From Opitutaceae bacterium (GTDB lineage Bacteria; Verrucomicrobiota; Verrucomicrobiia; Opitutales; Opitutaceae): DNA of 64,000 bases. The DNA lies in the NCBI GenBank assembly GCA_026125215.1, contig JAHCLN010000002.1:14896-78895 (forward strand), in the 5' to 3' direction. Positions 26,186 through 35,171 of this stretch are shown piece after piece. The position numbers and the translations under genes were made by a program. The stretch's first letter is position 1, and every line of letters starts with the position of its first letter. The notes beneath the pieces were generated by a model. It did not search any database and was not told the DNA's origin. It saw only the letters and a program-made list of their open reading frames with translations.

Positions 26186-26598
26186 GCGAAGAGGATGTTT
26201 TTTGCCCCGAGCAGGTAAACCCCTGCGCCGAGCACGGTGAAGGCCGCCGGCAGCGCGAGTTGTCCGGGCCGGCGGGTGGTGAACACTTCGCCGAGCGGCG
26301 CGTCGGCCCGCACACGGAAGAGTTCCACGAGCATGTAGGTCGCCATCGCGAAATTGCCCCAGAGGACCACGGTGATGAACCACAGCACGCGGGCGCCGGC
26401 GGACTGCTCTTTCCAAGCCACCCAGACGTAGAAAGTGAGGAAGGCGAAGTAGGCGTCGAACAGGGTGACCTGGAACCAGGGGTTGGTGTAAACTTCCGGC
26501 GGGATATCGAACAACGCCTGCGCGAGGCTGGCGCGCACGGTGCCCCAGAGCATCACGGCGAGAACGACGATGAAACAGCCGCGGAGGAAAAGGATCAT
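26182..26598 (-). CDS. small four-TM membrane protein (DUF1475-like)
   Basis: 138 aa. W/F-rich TM segments. The family call is tentative. Confidence 0.45.
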   Translation of the reverse strand: MILFLRGCFIVVLAVMLWGTVRASLAQALFDIPPEVYTNPWFQVTLFDAYFAFLTFYVWVAWKEQSAGARVLWFITVVLWGNFAMATYMLVELFRVRADAPLGEVFTTRRPGQLALPAAFTVLGAGVYLLGAKNILFA

Positions 26599-26601
26599 GG
26601 C

Positions 26602-27888
26602 TCAGAAGGAAAGGTTGTTGGCCCGCGTGTGCAGGGTGTGCACGACGCCGATGTTGCGCAGGGCGAAGGCCGCCTCGCAGTAACTGAGATAGTAGCGCCA
26701 CTTCCGGATGAAGCGTTCGTCGAAACCCAGCGCCCGCACCTCCGCGAGGCGCCGGTCGAAATTTTCCCGCCAGATGCGGAGGGTCCGCGCGTAGTCGTGG
26801 CTGAAGTCCTCGACCTGGTTGAGCACGAAGCCGCCCGCGCGGCTGAGCTGGTCGTTCACCCGGTTGAGCGACAGCAGCAGCGAACCGGGGAAGATGTGCT
26901 TCTGGATGAAATCCACGCCACGGCGGAACTGGTCGTAGCGGTTGTCGGGGCAGGTGATGAACTGCAGGGCCAGCAGCCCGTCGGGCCGGAGCCGGTCGGC
27001 GAGGGCGCGGCAGAAATGCGGGAGGTAACGGTGGCCGATGGCCTCCATCATTTCGATCGAAACGATCTTGTCGTAGGTGCCGCGCACGTCGCGGTAGTCG
27101 CAGAGTTCAACCTGCACGCGGTCGGCGAGGCCGGCGGCGGCGATGCGGGCGCGGGCGAAGTCATGCTGCTGCTGCGAGATCGTCAGCGTGGTGACGCGGC
27201 AGCCGTGGGTGCGGGCGGCGTGGAGCGACCAGCCGCCCCAGCCGGTGCCGATCTCCAGCACATGGTCTGAGGGCTGCAGGCGGAGCAGCCGGCAGAGGGC
27301 TTCGTTTTTCTCGCGTTGCGCCTCCTCGAGCGTGAACCCGGGATTCGGCCATTTCGCCGCCGAATACATCATCGACGGGTCGAGCCAGAGGGAGAAAAAG
27401 TCGTTCGAAAGATCGTAGTGCTCGCGGATGTTGCGCCGGGCGGTGCGCCGGGAGTTGGGGCGCAGCAGGTGACCGAGACGGTTGACGAGCCGGAGGGCGT
27501 TGAGGGCGAAGCCGCGGCCCCGCGAACCCGAGAGGGTCGGGGCGCGGTCCACGTTGTGGATGAAGAAGGCGATGACGGCGGTGAGATCCGGCGTGTCCCA
27601 GTCGCCGTCGATGAACGATTCCGCGAAACCGATATCGCCGGTGAGGACGCATTTGCGGAAGAAAGCGGGCCGGCGCACGCGGATGACCGCGGCGGCGGGG
27701 ATGCCGGTGGGCAGCAGCCCGGCGGTCACGGCGGCGGCGCCGAAGCAGGCCGTGTCACCGCCGGGCAGTTCGAGACGGAGATGGCCGCGGTCGAGTTCGC
27801 GGAAGGCTGCGAGCACCCGGTCCTGCCAGAAGGAGGGAGCGGCGGGGTCGATCCCTCCGGCGGCGGTCGTGGCGTTTTCCCGGTTCAT
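26602..27888 (-). CDS. cyclopropane-fatty-acyl-phospholipid synthase family methyltransferase (long form, 428 aa)
   Basis: REHYDLSNDFFSLWLDPSMMYS and SAM motif VLEIGTGWGGW. Start overlaps the DUF1365 stop. Confidence 0.85.
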   Translation of the reverse strand: MNRENATTAAGGIDPAAPSFWQDRVLAAFRELDRGHLRLELPGGDTACFGAAAVTAGLLPTGIPAAAVIRVRRPAFFRKCVLTGDIGFAESFIDGDWDTPDLTAVIAFFIHNVDRAPTLSGSRGRGFALNALRLVNRLGHLLRPNSRRTARRNIREHYDLSNDFFSLWLDPSMMYSAAKWPNPGFTLEEAQREKNEALCRLLRLQPSDHVLEIGTGWGGWSLHAARTHGCRVTTLTISQQQHDFARARIAAAGLADRVQVELCDYRDVRGTYDKIVSIEMMEAIGHRYLPHFCRALADRLRPDGLLALQFITCPDNRYDQFRRGVDFIQKHIFPGSLLLSLNRVNDQLSRAGGFVLNQVEDFSHDYARTLRIWRENFDRRLAEVRALGFDERFIRKWRYYLSYCEAAFALRNIGVVHTLHTRANNLSF

Positions 27889-28742
27889 GCGGCGTCCTTG
27901 GTGGGGGCGAGGGAGGTGTGTGGCCGGTAGAGGTCACGCTGTTCGGCGGCGCGGCCGGCCTTGGCAAACCAAGGAACCTTTTTCAGCCAGAGACGCAAGG
28001 CGTGCCAGTGGATAAGGGCGATGATCCGCAGCGTGAGCAGCGGATATATGACCGTGAACCAGGCGAGGCGTGCGCCGGGTGAGCAGCGGCGCGGCCCGGT
28101 CAGCGTGCTGGTGAGGGTGCGCTGGCCGCCGGTGTGGTCGTCGATCTGGACCGCAAGCCGTGCATCCGGCGGACGCAGCATGAAATCGAATTCCACATCC
28201 ACGTCGGAAAACGGCGACACGTAGAAGTGCTTGGGCACGCGCAGCCGGAAAGCGCCTTCGGCCCGGGTGGCGGGCCCGAGGAAATACGGCTTCATCTCGC
28301 GGAAGGTGTTCGTGACCTCGGCCAGCGCGGCGACGCAGGCGCCGTGGCGGTCATAGCAGAAATAGAACGACACGGGGTGGAAGAGATAGCCAAAGATCCG
28401 CGGCAGGGTGACGAGCACCACCCGCCCGCCGGTGAGGTCCACGCCGCGGCCGGCCAGGTGGTCGATCACGCGCTGTTTCAGGCTGCGCGGTTTGTCACCT
28501 AATAGGTTACAAACCGGCTGGACGTGGTCGGTGTTATGGACGGGTTCGTGGGTGGGCAGGTAGTCGGCTTCGCGGAAGGAGTAGAGGTTGGGACGGTTGA
28601 CCGAAAAGAACGGCAGCCGGCGGTGCAGGGCCGGCAGCTCGTCAAGGTCGAGGGCGAACAGGAAGATCCGGTAAACGAAGCGGTGCGTCCGCGGCGCAAA
28701 CCGGGCGTGCATCACATCGCATTCGTAGAGGCAGGAGGACAT
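27885..28742 (-). CDS. DUF1365 family protein
   Basis: N-terminus LYECDVMHARFAPRTHRFVYRIFLFALDLDEL is typical of DUF1365. Confidence 0.8.
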   Translation of the reverse strand: MSSCLYECDVMHARFAPRTHRFVYRIFLFALDLDELPALHRRLPFFSVNRPNLYSFREADYLPTHEPVHNTDHVQPVCNLLGDKPRSLKQRVIDHLAGRGVDLTGGRVVLVTLPRIFGYLFHPVSFYFCYDRHGACVAALAEVTNTFREMKPYFLGPATRAEGAFRLRVPKHFYVSPFSDVDVEFDFMLRPPDARLAVQIDDHTGGQRTLTSTLTGPRRCSPGARLAWFTVIYPLLTLRIIALIHWHALRLWLKKVPWFAKAGRAAEQRDLYRPHTSLAPTKDAA

Positions 28743-28743
28743 C

Positions 28744-30057
28744 TCAGGCGGTGGCGAGGGCCGCCGCGGCGGCCCTCGGCCACGGGTCGCGGCCGAGCAG
28801 CAGTTCGCCGAGGCGGTGCGCGCTCAAAAACCCATCTTCGTGGAAACCATAACGGTGGTAGCTGCCCGCGAAGAAAGTCCGCGTCGTGCCCGCGGCCGCG
28901 GCGTTGAGGGCGGGCAGCTCCTTCTGGGCGCGAATCGCGCCGAGGGAGAAGAGCGGATGCCGGTAGTGGATCGTGCGGATCACCTTGCGCGGGTTGATGG
29001 CCTCGGGGCGCTCGATGGACACGAAGTAATTTTCGCGGTCGGAAACCCCCTGCAGCGAATTCATCCAGAAGTGCGTGGCGGTGGATTTGCGGCCGGCAGC
29101 ATCGCGGTTGATCTCGTAGTTCCAGCTCGACCAGGCCAGCCGGGTGCGCGGCATGACGCCGGTGTCGGTATGCAGCGTGGCCACGTTGGGCTGGTAGCGG
29201 AATTCGCCGAGCACGCGGGCTTCAGCTGCGGTGGGCCGGTCGAGGAGCTGCAGCGCCTGGTCGCCGTGACAGGCGAGGATCACGCGGTCGAATTCGTGCC
29301 GGGCGCCTTCGGCCGTGACCACGGTGACGCCGCGGGCGTGCCGTTCGATGCGGCGGGCCGGGGTGCCGGTGAGGATGCGTTTGCGCCAGGGGGCGGTGAG
29401 CCGGCGCACGTATTCCCGCGCGCCGCCGTCCACGGTCCACCAGGGATGCTGCGTGTGCAGGCCGAGGAAGCCGTGGTTGTGGAAAAACCGCAGGAGCTTC
29501 ACCGCGGGAAACTGCAGCATGAGATCGGGCGGCGTGCTCCACACGGCCGAACTCATGGGCGTGAGGTAGAGGTGGAGAAAATCTTCCCCGTAGCCGCGCT
29601 GGCGCACGTAGTCGCCAAGGGTGATCTCCTGGATGGCGGGATCCTCGAGGAAGCGCACGGCCTCGGCGTTGAAACGGTGGATGGCGGCCAGCATCCGGTA
29701 GAAGCGCGGGCTGAAGAGGTTGCGCCGCTGCGCGAAAAGGTGGTTGAGCGAAGAGCCGCAGAACTCGATGCCCGAATCGGCGTGCCGCACGCTGAACGAC
29801 ATCGAGGTCGGCTTCACGGGCACGTCCAGCTCCCGGAAGAGCCGGGTGAGCAGCGGGTAGGTGACCTTGTTGAACACCATGAAGCCCGTGTCGATCGGCA
29901 CTTCGCGGCCGGTGCCGGGTTCCGGTGCCGTCACCGTGTGGGTGTGGCCGCCGATATGGGCATTCTGCTCGAACACCGTGATCGCGTGGTCACGGTGCAG
30001 GAAATGGGCGCAGCCCAGGCCGGCAATGCCGGTGCCGATGATGGCGGTCGTGGTCAT
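28744..30057 (-). CDS. FAD-dependent amine-oxidase/phytoene-desaturase-like oxidoreductase
   Basis: Start MTTTAIIGTGIAGLGCA (GxGxxG). 437 aa. Confidence 0.85.
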   Translation of the reverse strand: MTTTAIIGTGIAGLGCAHFLHRDHAITVFEQNAHIGGHTHTVTAPEPGTGREVPIDTGFMVFNKVTYPLLTRLFRELDVPVKPTSMSFSVRHADSGIEFCGSSLNHLFAQRRNLFSPRFYRMLAAIHRFNAEAVRFLEDPAIQEITLGDYVRQRGYGEDFLHLYLTPMSSAVWSTPPDLMLQFPAVKLLRFFHNHGFLGLHTQHPWWTVDGGAREYVRRLTAPWRKRILTGTPARRIERHARGVTVVTAEGARHEFDRVILACHGDQALQLLDRPTAAEARVLGEFRYQPNVATLHTDTGVMPRTRLAWSSWNYEINRDAAGRKSTATHFWMNSLQGVSDRENYFVSIERPEAINPRKVIRTIHYRHPLFSLGAIRAQKELPALNAAAAGTTRTFFAGSYHRYGFHEDGFLSAHRLGELLLGRDPWPRAAAAALATA

Positions 30058-30101
30058 GGAAATAGTGCTGCCATGACTACGGATGAGCCGGCCCGACGGA
30101 T

Positions 30102-31286
30102 TCAGATCACCGGCGGATTCGGCGGAGTCCGGCCCTGGAGCTCGTGGGCGAGTTCGGTCACGTCCTTGTGCACGGCCGGGCCCTCCTTTTTCTCCGGCAG
30201 GCTGGCCTGCGCGGCGGTGGCGGTGGCGACGGCCAGCGCGGCGGCGGCGGGCACCACCTTTTTGAGGGAGGAATAGGAAATCTCGGGGTGGAGTGAGGCG
30301 GCCCGGCGGGCGGCGATGACCGAGGCGTGGTGGTCGGCATGGATGCCCTCCTGCAAAACCGACGCAGGCACGGGCTTCAGGCCCCAGATAAAACCGGTCA
30401 ACGAAAGCAGCTTGAGCCCGTAGTAGGTGGGATCGAATTCCCACCAGTAAAAACCGTTGCGGGTCGAACTCTGGTAACGGTGGTGGTTGTTGTGCCAGCC
30501 TTCACCGAGGGTGATGAGGGCGAGGATGACACTGTTGCGCGAATCGTCGCTGGTTTGGAAACGCCGCCGGCCCATGAGGTGGGCCATGGAGTTGATGCAA
30601 CCGGTGCCGTGGAAGAGGGCGGTCGTGCTGATGAAAAAGCCCCAGACGAGCAGCTGCCAACCGTTGGTCCCGAGACCGGGCGCGTGCACGGCGAGCAGGC
30701 TGCCGAGTCCGAAGAGCCCGGCGGCGAATAGGATCGGCACGACGAGATCGAAGCGGTTGAGCCACACGAGCTCGGGATATTTGGCGAGATCCTTGATCTT
30801 CGTGTAGTCGGTGGGGAAATTCCGGCGGCTGGTGATCCAGCCGATGTGCGACCACCAAAAACCGTGCACATGCGGGGAGTGGGCGTCTTCCGGGTCGTCG
30901 CTGTGCTGGTGGTGGTGCCGGTGGTGGTAGGCCCACCAGAGCGAGCCGCGTTGCACGGTGGTGCCGGCAAAGACGGCGAGGAGGAACTGGCCGAAGCGCG
31001 AGGTGCTGTAGGTCTTGTGCGAGAAGTAGCGGTGATGCACGCCGGTGACGGCGAACATGCGGATGAAGTAGAGCGCGACCGCGGTCCACACCGCGAAGGC
31101 GCTGGCCCCGGTCCAAATCACACCCAGGCAGCCGGCATGCAGGAAGACAAAGGGCAGGACGCGCACCCAATCGACCCGGTCGGGCTCGGCGCGCATTTTT
31201 TCGGCCCCTTCGGGGCAATAATCGGAATCGATCCACTGCACGAGGGCGGCGGCGGCACGACGGAGAGGAGAGGAAGAGGCGGCCAT
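30102..31286 (-). CDS. membrane acyl-CoA/acyl-lipid desaturase with an about 100-aa C-terminal extension
   Basis: Histidine boxes HRYFSH, HHRHHHQH and HNNHH. Start MAASSSPL by in-frame arithmetic. Confidence 0.85.
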   Translation of the reverse strand: MAASSSPLRRAAAALVQWIDSDYCPEGAEKMRAEPDRVDWVRVLPFVFLHAGCLGVIWTGASAFAVWTAVALYFIRMFAVTGVHHRYFSHKTYSTSRFGQFLLAVFAGTTVQRGSLWWAYHHRHHHQHSDDPEDAHSPHVHGFWWSHIGWITSRRNFPTDYTKIKDLAKYPELVWLNRFDLVVPILFAAGLFGLGSLLAVHAPGLGTNGWQLLVWGFFISTTALFHGTGCINSMAHLMGRRRFQTSDDSRNSVILALITLGEGWHNNHHRYQSSTRNGFYWWEFDPTYYGLKLLSLTGFIWGLKPVPASVLQEGIHADHHASVIAARRAASLHPEISYSSLKKVVPAAAALAVATATAAQASLPEKKEGPAVHKDVTELAHELQGRTPPNPPVI

Positions 31287-31419
31287 GAACTTGCGATAAA
31301 CGGCGTTAACGAACCCGCCGAAGGGGCAGGGCGCAAGCGGCGTTTGCGGCCTCCTGAAATTTTTTTGCGGACCGCGCCGCGCTTGCCTCGCGCCGGGGCC
31401 GCCGCTTGGCTGCCGGCCC

Positions 31420-32682
31420 GTGAGCGACCACACCGTATCGCCCTTCGATCCGCCGCCGGTGCGCCGGCGAGAGATCTTCGGGTGGAGCTGCTTCGATTTC
31501 GCCAACTCGGCGTTCACGACGATCATCATCACGGTGGTTTATGCGGTGTATTTCACCGGCGTGGTGGCGGCCGGCGATCCGCGCGGCCCGGGCTGGTGGG
31601 GCACGGCGCTGGCGGTTTCGCAGATCGTGGTGATCCTGTTGGCGCCCCTGATCGGCGCCGTGGCGGATGTGACGGCCGCCAAGAAGCGCTTCCTGCTGGC
31701 CACGGCGCTGGTGTGTTCGCTGGCGACGATCGGGTTGTTTTTTGCCGGCCCCGGCGACCTGTGGCTGGCGCTCGGGCTGGTGGTGCTGGCGAACATCGCC
31801 TTTTCGCTGGGAGAAAATCTCTGCGCGGGTTTCCTGCCGGAGATCAGCACGCCGGCGAATGCGGGCCGCATCTCCAGCTACGGCTGGAGCTTCGGCTACC
31901 TCGGCGGCCTGGTCAGCCTGCTGCTGGCGCTCGCCATCATCAGCAGCGGGGAAGGCCGGGCGCCCTGGACCTTTGTGATGACCGGGGTTTTCTTCCTGCT
32001 GGCCAGCCTGCCGACGTTTCTGCTCCTGCGCGAACGGGCCCGGCCGCGGCCCAAGCCGCCGGGCACGGGCTACCTCGCCCTCGGGTGGCGGCAGCTGGCG
32101 CAGATGCGGCACGAGCTGCCCCGGCACCGCACGCTCACGGTTTTCTTCGGGGCAATGACCCTCTTTCTTGCCGGCCTGACGGCGGTCGTGGCTTTCGCCG
32201 CCGTGTATGCGACGCAGGTGCTGGGCATGACCCAGGGCGAGATCATCGGGCTTTTTGTGGTGCTCCAGCTGGCGGGCGTCGCCGGCGCCTACGGCTTCGG
32301 CGTGTTGCAGGACCGGATCGGGGCCAAGCCCGCGCTCGTGATTTCGCTGCTCCAGTGGATCGTGGTCTGCGGCTGGGCGGCGGTGTGCACGACCAAGACC
32401 GAGTTTTACCTCATCGGCGTGATCGCCGGGGCCGCCATGGGTTCGCTCCAGTCCTCCGCGCGTGCCGTGGTGTCGTCGCTGACGCCGGCCGGCCGGGGCG
32501 GGGAATTTTTCGGCTACTGGGGTTTTTTTGGCAAACTGGCCGCCGTCATCGGCCAGCCGGTCTTCGGCTGGGTGGCGGCCATGGCGGGATTCCGCACGGC
32601 CATCCTCGTCAACGCCGGGTTTTTCCTCGCCGGCCTGCTGATCGTGCTGGGGCTGAATCTGCGGGCCGGGCGCAGGGATTGA
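31420..32682 (+). CDS. MFS transporter (UMF1/Atg22-like)
   Basis: 420 aa, 12 hydrophobic segments. N-terminus EIFGWSCFDFANSAFTT. GTG start. Confidence 0.75.
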   Translation: MSDHTVSPFDPPPVRRREIFGWSCFDFANSAFTTIIITVVYAVYFTGVVAAGDPRGPGWWGTALAVSQIVVILLAPLIGAVADVTAAKKRFLLATALVCSLATIGLFFAGPGDLWLALGLVVLANIAFSLGENLCAGFLPEISTPANAGRISSYGWSFGYLGGLVSLLLALAIISSGEGRAPWTFVMTGVFFLLASLPTFLLLRERARPRPKPPGTGYLALGWRQLAQMRHELPRHRTLTVFFGAMTLFLAGLTAVVAFAAVYATQVLGMTQGEIIGLFVVLQLAGVAGAYGFGVLQDRIGAKPALVISLLQWIVVCGWAAVCTTKTEFYLIGVIAGAAMGSLQSSARAVVSSLTPAGRGGEFFGYWGFFGKLAAVIGQPVFGWVAAMAGFRTAILVNAGFFLAGLLIVLGLNLRAGRRD

Positions 32683-33030
32683 CGGGTGTGGCCCGCCGCT
32701 GCGGCCAAGAAAATGCGCCGGCTGGGCGCTGGCACGGGCTCAATCCGATTGCTGGCCTCCTCCCGGGGTATCGGGGTCGGTGGCCACGAGGGCACTCAAC
32801 AATACGAGGATGATGACGGCGATGAGCATCTGCTTGGTGGTGTAGTCGAACCGGTCTGAAACGCATAAAAGTGAGCAGGTTCCAAACCAAATCAAACGGC
32901 GGCTGCAGGGTGTGGCGGGCCGGGGCTGGGGCCAAAAATATCGCCGAAGATGTAATTTACTGTCGCCAACCGGCGTAGCCGGCTTTTCTTTCTCATGTGC
33001 GGGTTGTCCCGCCCAATCCCAATTTTCGCT

Positions 33031-33084
33031 ATGAATACCAAGATCCGTAAACTTATCCCGGTAGCTTTCGCCGCCCATGGGTAG
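33031..33084 (+). pseudogene. 17-codon remnant of the 5' end of the 34315 gene (MNTKIRKLIPVAFAAHG-stop)
   Basis: Near-identical to MNTKIRNLIPAS... at 34315. It is preceded by the same tgtaatttactgtcgccaa junction at the same distance (about 80 nt). Confidence 0.55.
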
Positions 33085-33221
33085 GCTAGCTGCCCTTCGC
33101 CCTCGGCTTACGTGGCCTCCCAACACATGCTGCCGCCCAAACGGGCCTTTGTGGGACAACAAACTATAGTTGCTCCTTGAACCTTTAAGCCACTCATCTT
33201 AGTTAAATACCTCATAGTTTT

Positions 33222-34064
33222 ATGAAAATCCGATTACTCTCACTCGTTGCTTGTCTTGCCTTAGGTTTCTCTTACGGACATGCACAAACACTCTCTGATG
33301 CGGCCGCCGCCGCCTTTGCGACCGCGGGCGGAGATTTGGCCAAGATCGCCGCAGTGGCGCAGGCCTACCCGAACGAAGCGGCTTCCATCGCGCGGCTAGC
33401 CGCCAGGGCCAACCCGGCCAATGCAGCCCAGATCGCCGCGACGGTGGCGAAGGCTGTTTCCGGGGGGTTTTCGGACCGCAATACCGAAAATGCTGCTATC
33501 GCCGCCATCGTGAGCGAGGTGGTCAAGGAAAACCCCACCCCGGAAGCCGCGGGCGCCATCGTGGGTTCGGTGGTCACGGCCCTTGGCTTTAACAATAGCA
33601 ATTCGCTTGGCGCGGTGCGGAACATTGCGGGTGCCGCCATCTCCGCCCTGCCTGCCGAGGTTAAAACCCCGAGCGATCTGAAAACCTTTGTGGAAATCGT
33701 CAAGATCACGGGAGCCCCTGAGTCCGCCGCCCGGATGGGTGCCTATGACGGTTCTGGCGTTGGTATCGTGACGATCAATCGCGCTACACCTGACAGCGCC
33801 AAGGTCGCCGCCGGCACGGCTGCGATTTCGTCGGCCGTCGGCGCGGCCAACACCGCCATCACCAATATAGTGCCAATCACCCGCAGTGTGCCGCCAGTGG
33901 AGCCTAACCTGCAGCCGACCCCTACGCCTACGCCAGCACCGACTCCGACCCCGGCACCGACGCCCACGCCCACGCCCACGCCGACCCCGGCACCGACGCC
34001 CACGCCCACACCGACGCCCGCTCCGACTCCGACTCCGACGCCTGCGCCGGTCAGCCCGTCCTAA
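33222..34064 (+). CDS. secreted Ala-rich helical-repeat protein with C-terminal (PTPTPA)n tail, paralog A
   Basis: Signal peptide MKIRLLSLVACLALGFSYGHAQ. Repeated NPxxAAxIAAxV units. 50-aa Pro/Thr/Ala tail ending PAPVSPS. Confidence 0.7.
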   Translation: MKIRLLSLVACLALGFSYGHAQTLSDAAAAAFATAGGDLAKIAAVAQAYPNEAASIARLAARANPANAAQIAATVAKAVSGGFSDRNTENAAIAAIVSEVVKENPTPEAAGAIVGSVVTALGFNNSNSLGAVRNIAGAAISALPAEVKTPSDLKTFVEIVKITGAPESAARMGAYDGSGVGIVTINRATPDSAKVAAGTAAISSAVGAANTAITNIVPITRSVPPVEPNLQPTPTPTPAPTPTPAPTPTPTPTPTPAPTPTPTPTPAPTPTPTPAPVSPS

Positions 34065-34104
34065 AGGCGGTGCCACCGAAGGGAGTAATCCCGCTTTAGC
34101 TTCC

Positions 34105-34135
34105 GACGCCGGACTTAGGTCCGGCGTCTTTTTTT
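34105..34135 (+). terminator. rho-independent terminator after paralog A
   Basis: gacgccggac-ttag-gtccggcgtc followed by TTTTTTT. Confidence 0.8.
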
Positions 34136-34142
34136 GTCCGCA

Positions 34143-34234
34143 TCACTGCGGCCGGAACAGCTCGCCGGGGGGTAATTGGGATTTGAAGGCCGTGAAGCCG
34201 CCGTCGATGACGAGGTTGCTGCCGGTGATGAATT
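34143..34234 (-). pseudogene. duplicated 3' fragment (about 30 codons) of the SDR gene at 35172
   Basis: About 90 nt nearly identical to 35172-35263. Identity ends at the gtaatttactgtcgcc junction. Confidence 0.7.
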
Positions 34235-34314
34235 GTAATTTACTGTCGCCAAGCTGTCGGACATGCCTTTCCTCTCACGATTAATGGGCACCCTGCCCAA
34301 ACCCAATTACCATC

Positions 34315-35094
34315 ATGAATACCAAGATCCGTAACCTTATCCCTGCCTCGATTGCGGCCTTCGCGCTGCTCGTTGCTCCTGTTACCAGCTCTGCCCAAGC
34401 CAACTCTCCCCAACAGACCACCGCGCTGGCGGGCGTGGCAGTCGACCCTGCTTTCGTGGAGCAGATCTTGGCGCTGACGGGGCCCAACCCGACGCAGCAG
34501 GCCATTGCTCAAGCCGCCGCCCAGCTCGCATCAGCAGTGTCGAATCCCGCGCCCATCTTGGCCGCGGCCCTGGCGGTGGGCCGTCAGGCAGGCCTACCGC
34601 CTCAAAGTTTGATTCAGATTTCGTCGGCCGTGGTTCAATCCCACGCTTCTACCCCCGCGGCCAGCACTGCTACTGTGGCCACCATGGCTGCGGTCACCGC
34701 CGCCGCTCTGCCTACCAGTCTGCAATCCCGTGCCATTGCGCAGGTCGCGGCGGTCGCCGCAGCGGTCAATCCTACCCTCAGCCCGTCCGCTATCAACGCC
34801 TCTGCTCGGACTGTCCTCGCCCAAAACCAGACAAGAGCGGACAATGTCGCTCGAGGCGATACCGGTAATAACAATAACGATAACAATCAAAACATAACGT
34901 CGGTGAACCCGGGTGTCCTGCCCACGCCCACCCCGGTTCCTGTGCCGACCCCGGTCCCCCCACCCACGCCGGCCCCGACGCCTACGCCTACGCCGACTCC
35001 GGCCCCGACGCCCACGCCGACCCCGGCACCGACGCCCACGCCCACGCCGGCCCCGACGCCGACCCCGACGCCTGCGCCGGTCAGCCCGTCCTAA
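34315..35094 (+). CDS. secreted Ala-rich helical-repeat protein with C-terminal (PTPTPA)n tail, paralog B
   Basis: Signal peptide MNTKIRNLIPASIAAFALLVAPVTSSAQA. NPxxxxIAxxAA-type repeats, Asn-rich spacer, and a 58-aa P/T/A/V tail ending PAPVSPS. Confidence 0.7.
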   Translation: MNTKIRNLIPASIAAFALLVAPVTSSAQANSPQQTTALAGVAVDPAFVEQILALTGPNPTQQAIAQAAAQLASAVSNPAPILAAALAVGRQAGLPPQSLIQISSAVVQSHASTPAASTATVATMAAVTAAALPTSLQSRAIAQVAAVAAAVNPTLSPSAINASARTVLAQNQTRADNVARGDTGNNNNDNNQNITSVNPGVLPTPTPVPVPTPVPPPTPAPTPTPTPTPAPTPTPTPAPTPTPTPAPTPTPTPAPVSPS

Positions 35095-35133
35095 AGGCGG
35101 TGCCACGAAGGGAGTAATCCCGCTTTAGCTTCC

Positions 35134-35164
35134 GACGCCGGACTTAGGTCCGGCGTCTTTTTTT
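35134..35164. terminator. rho-independent terminator after paralog B, possibly bidirectional with the convergent SDR gene
   Basis: Same hairpin and T-tract as at 34105. Confidence 0.8.
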
Positions 35165-35171
35165 GTCCGCA

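Noticed and set aside
32740-32829. 29-codon ORF MLIAVIILVLLSALVATDPDTPGGGQQSD on the minus strand just after the MFS gene (single TM helix plus acidic tail).
   Set aside because: It has decent third-position GC bias. However, it has no recognisable ribosome-binding site or family, it is too short to judge, and it lies within a longer junk ORF.
32800-32890. GGTTCGA-containing stretch ending in ACCA on the minus strand that briefly looked like a tRNA 3' end.
   Set aside because: No complementary acceptor stem or T-stem can be drawn, and the segment is too short for a cloverleaf.
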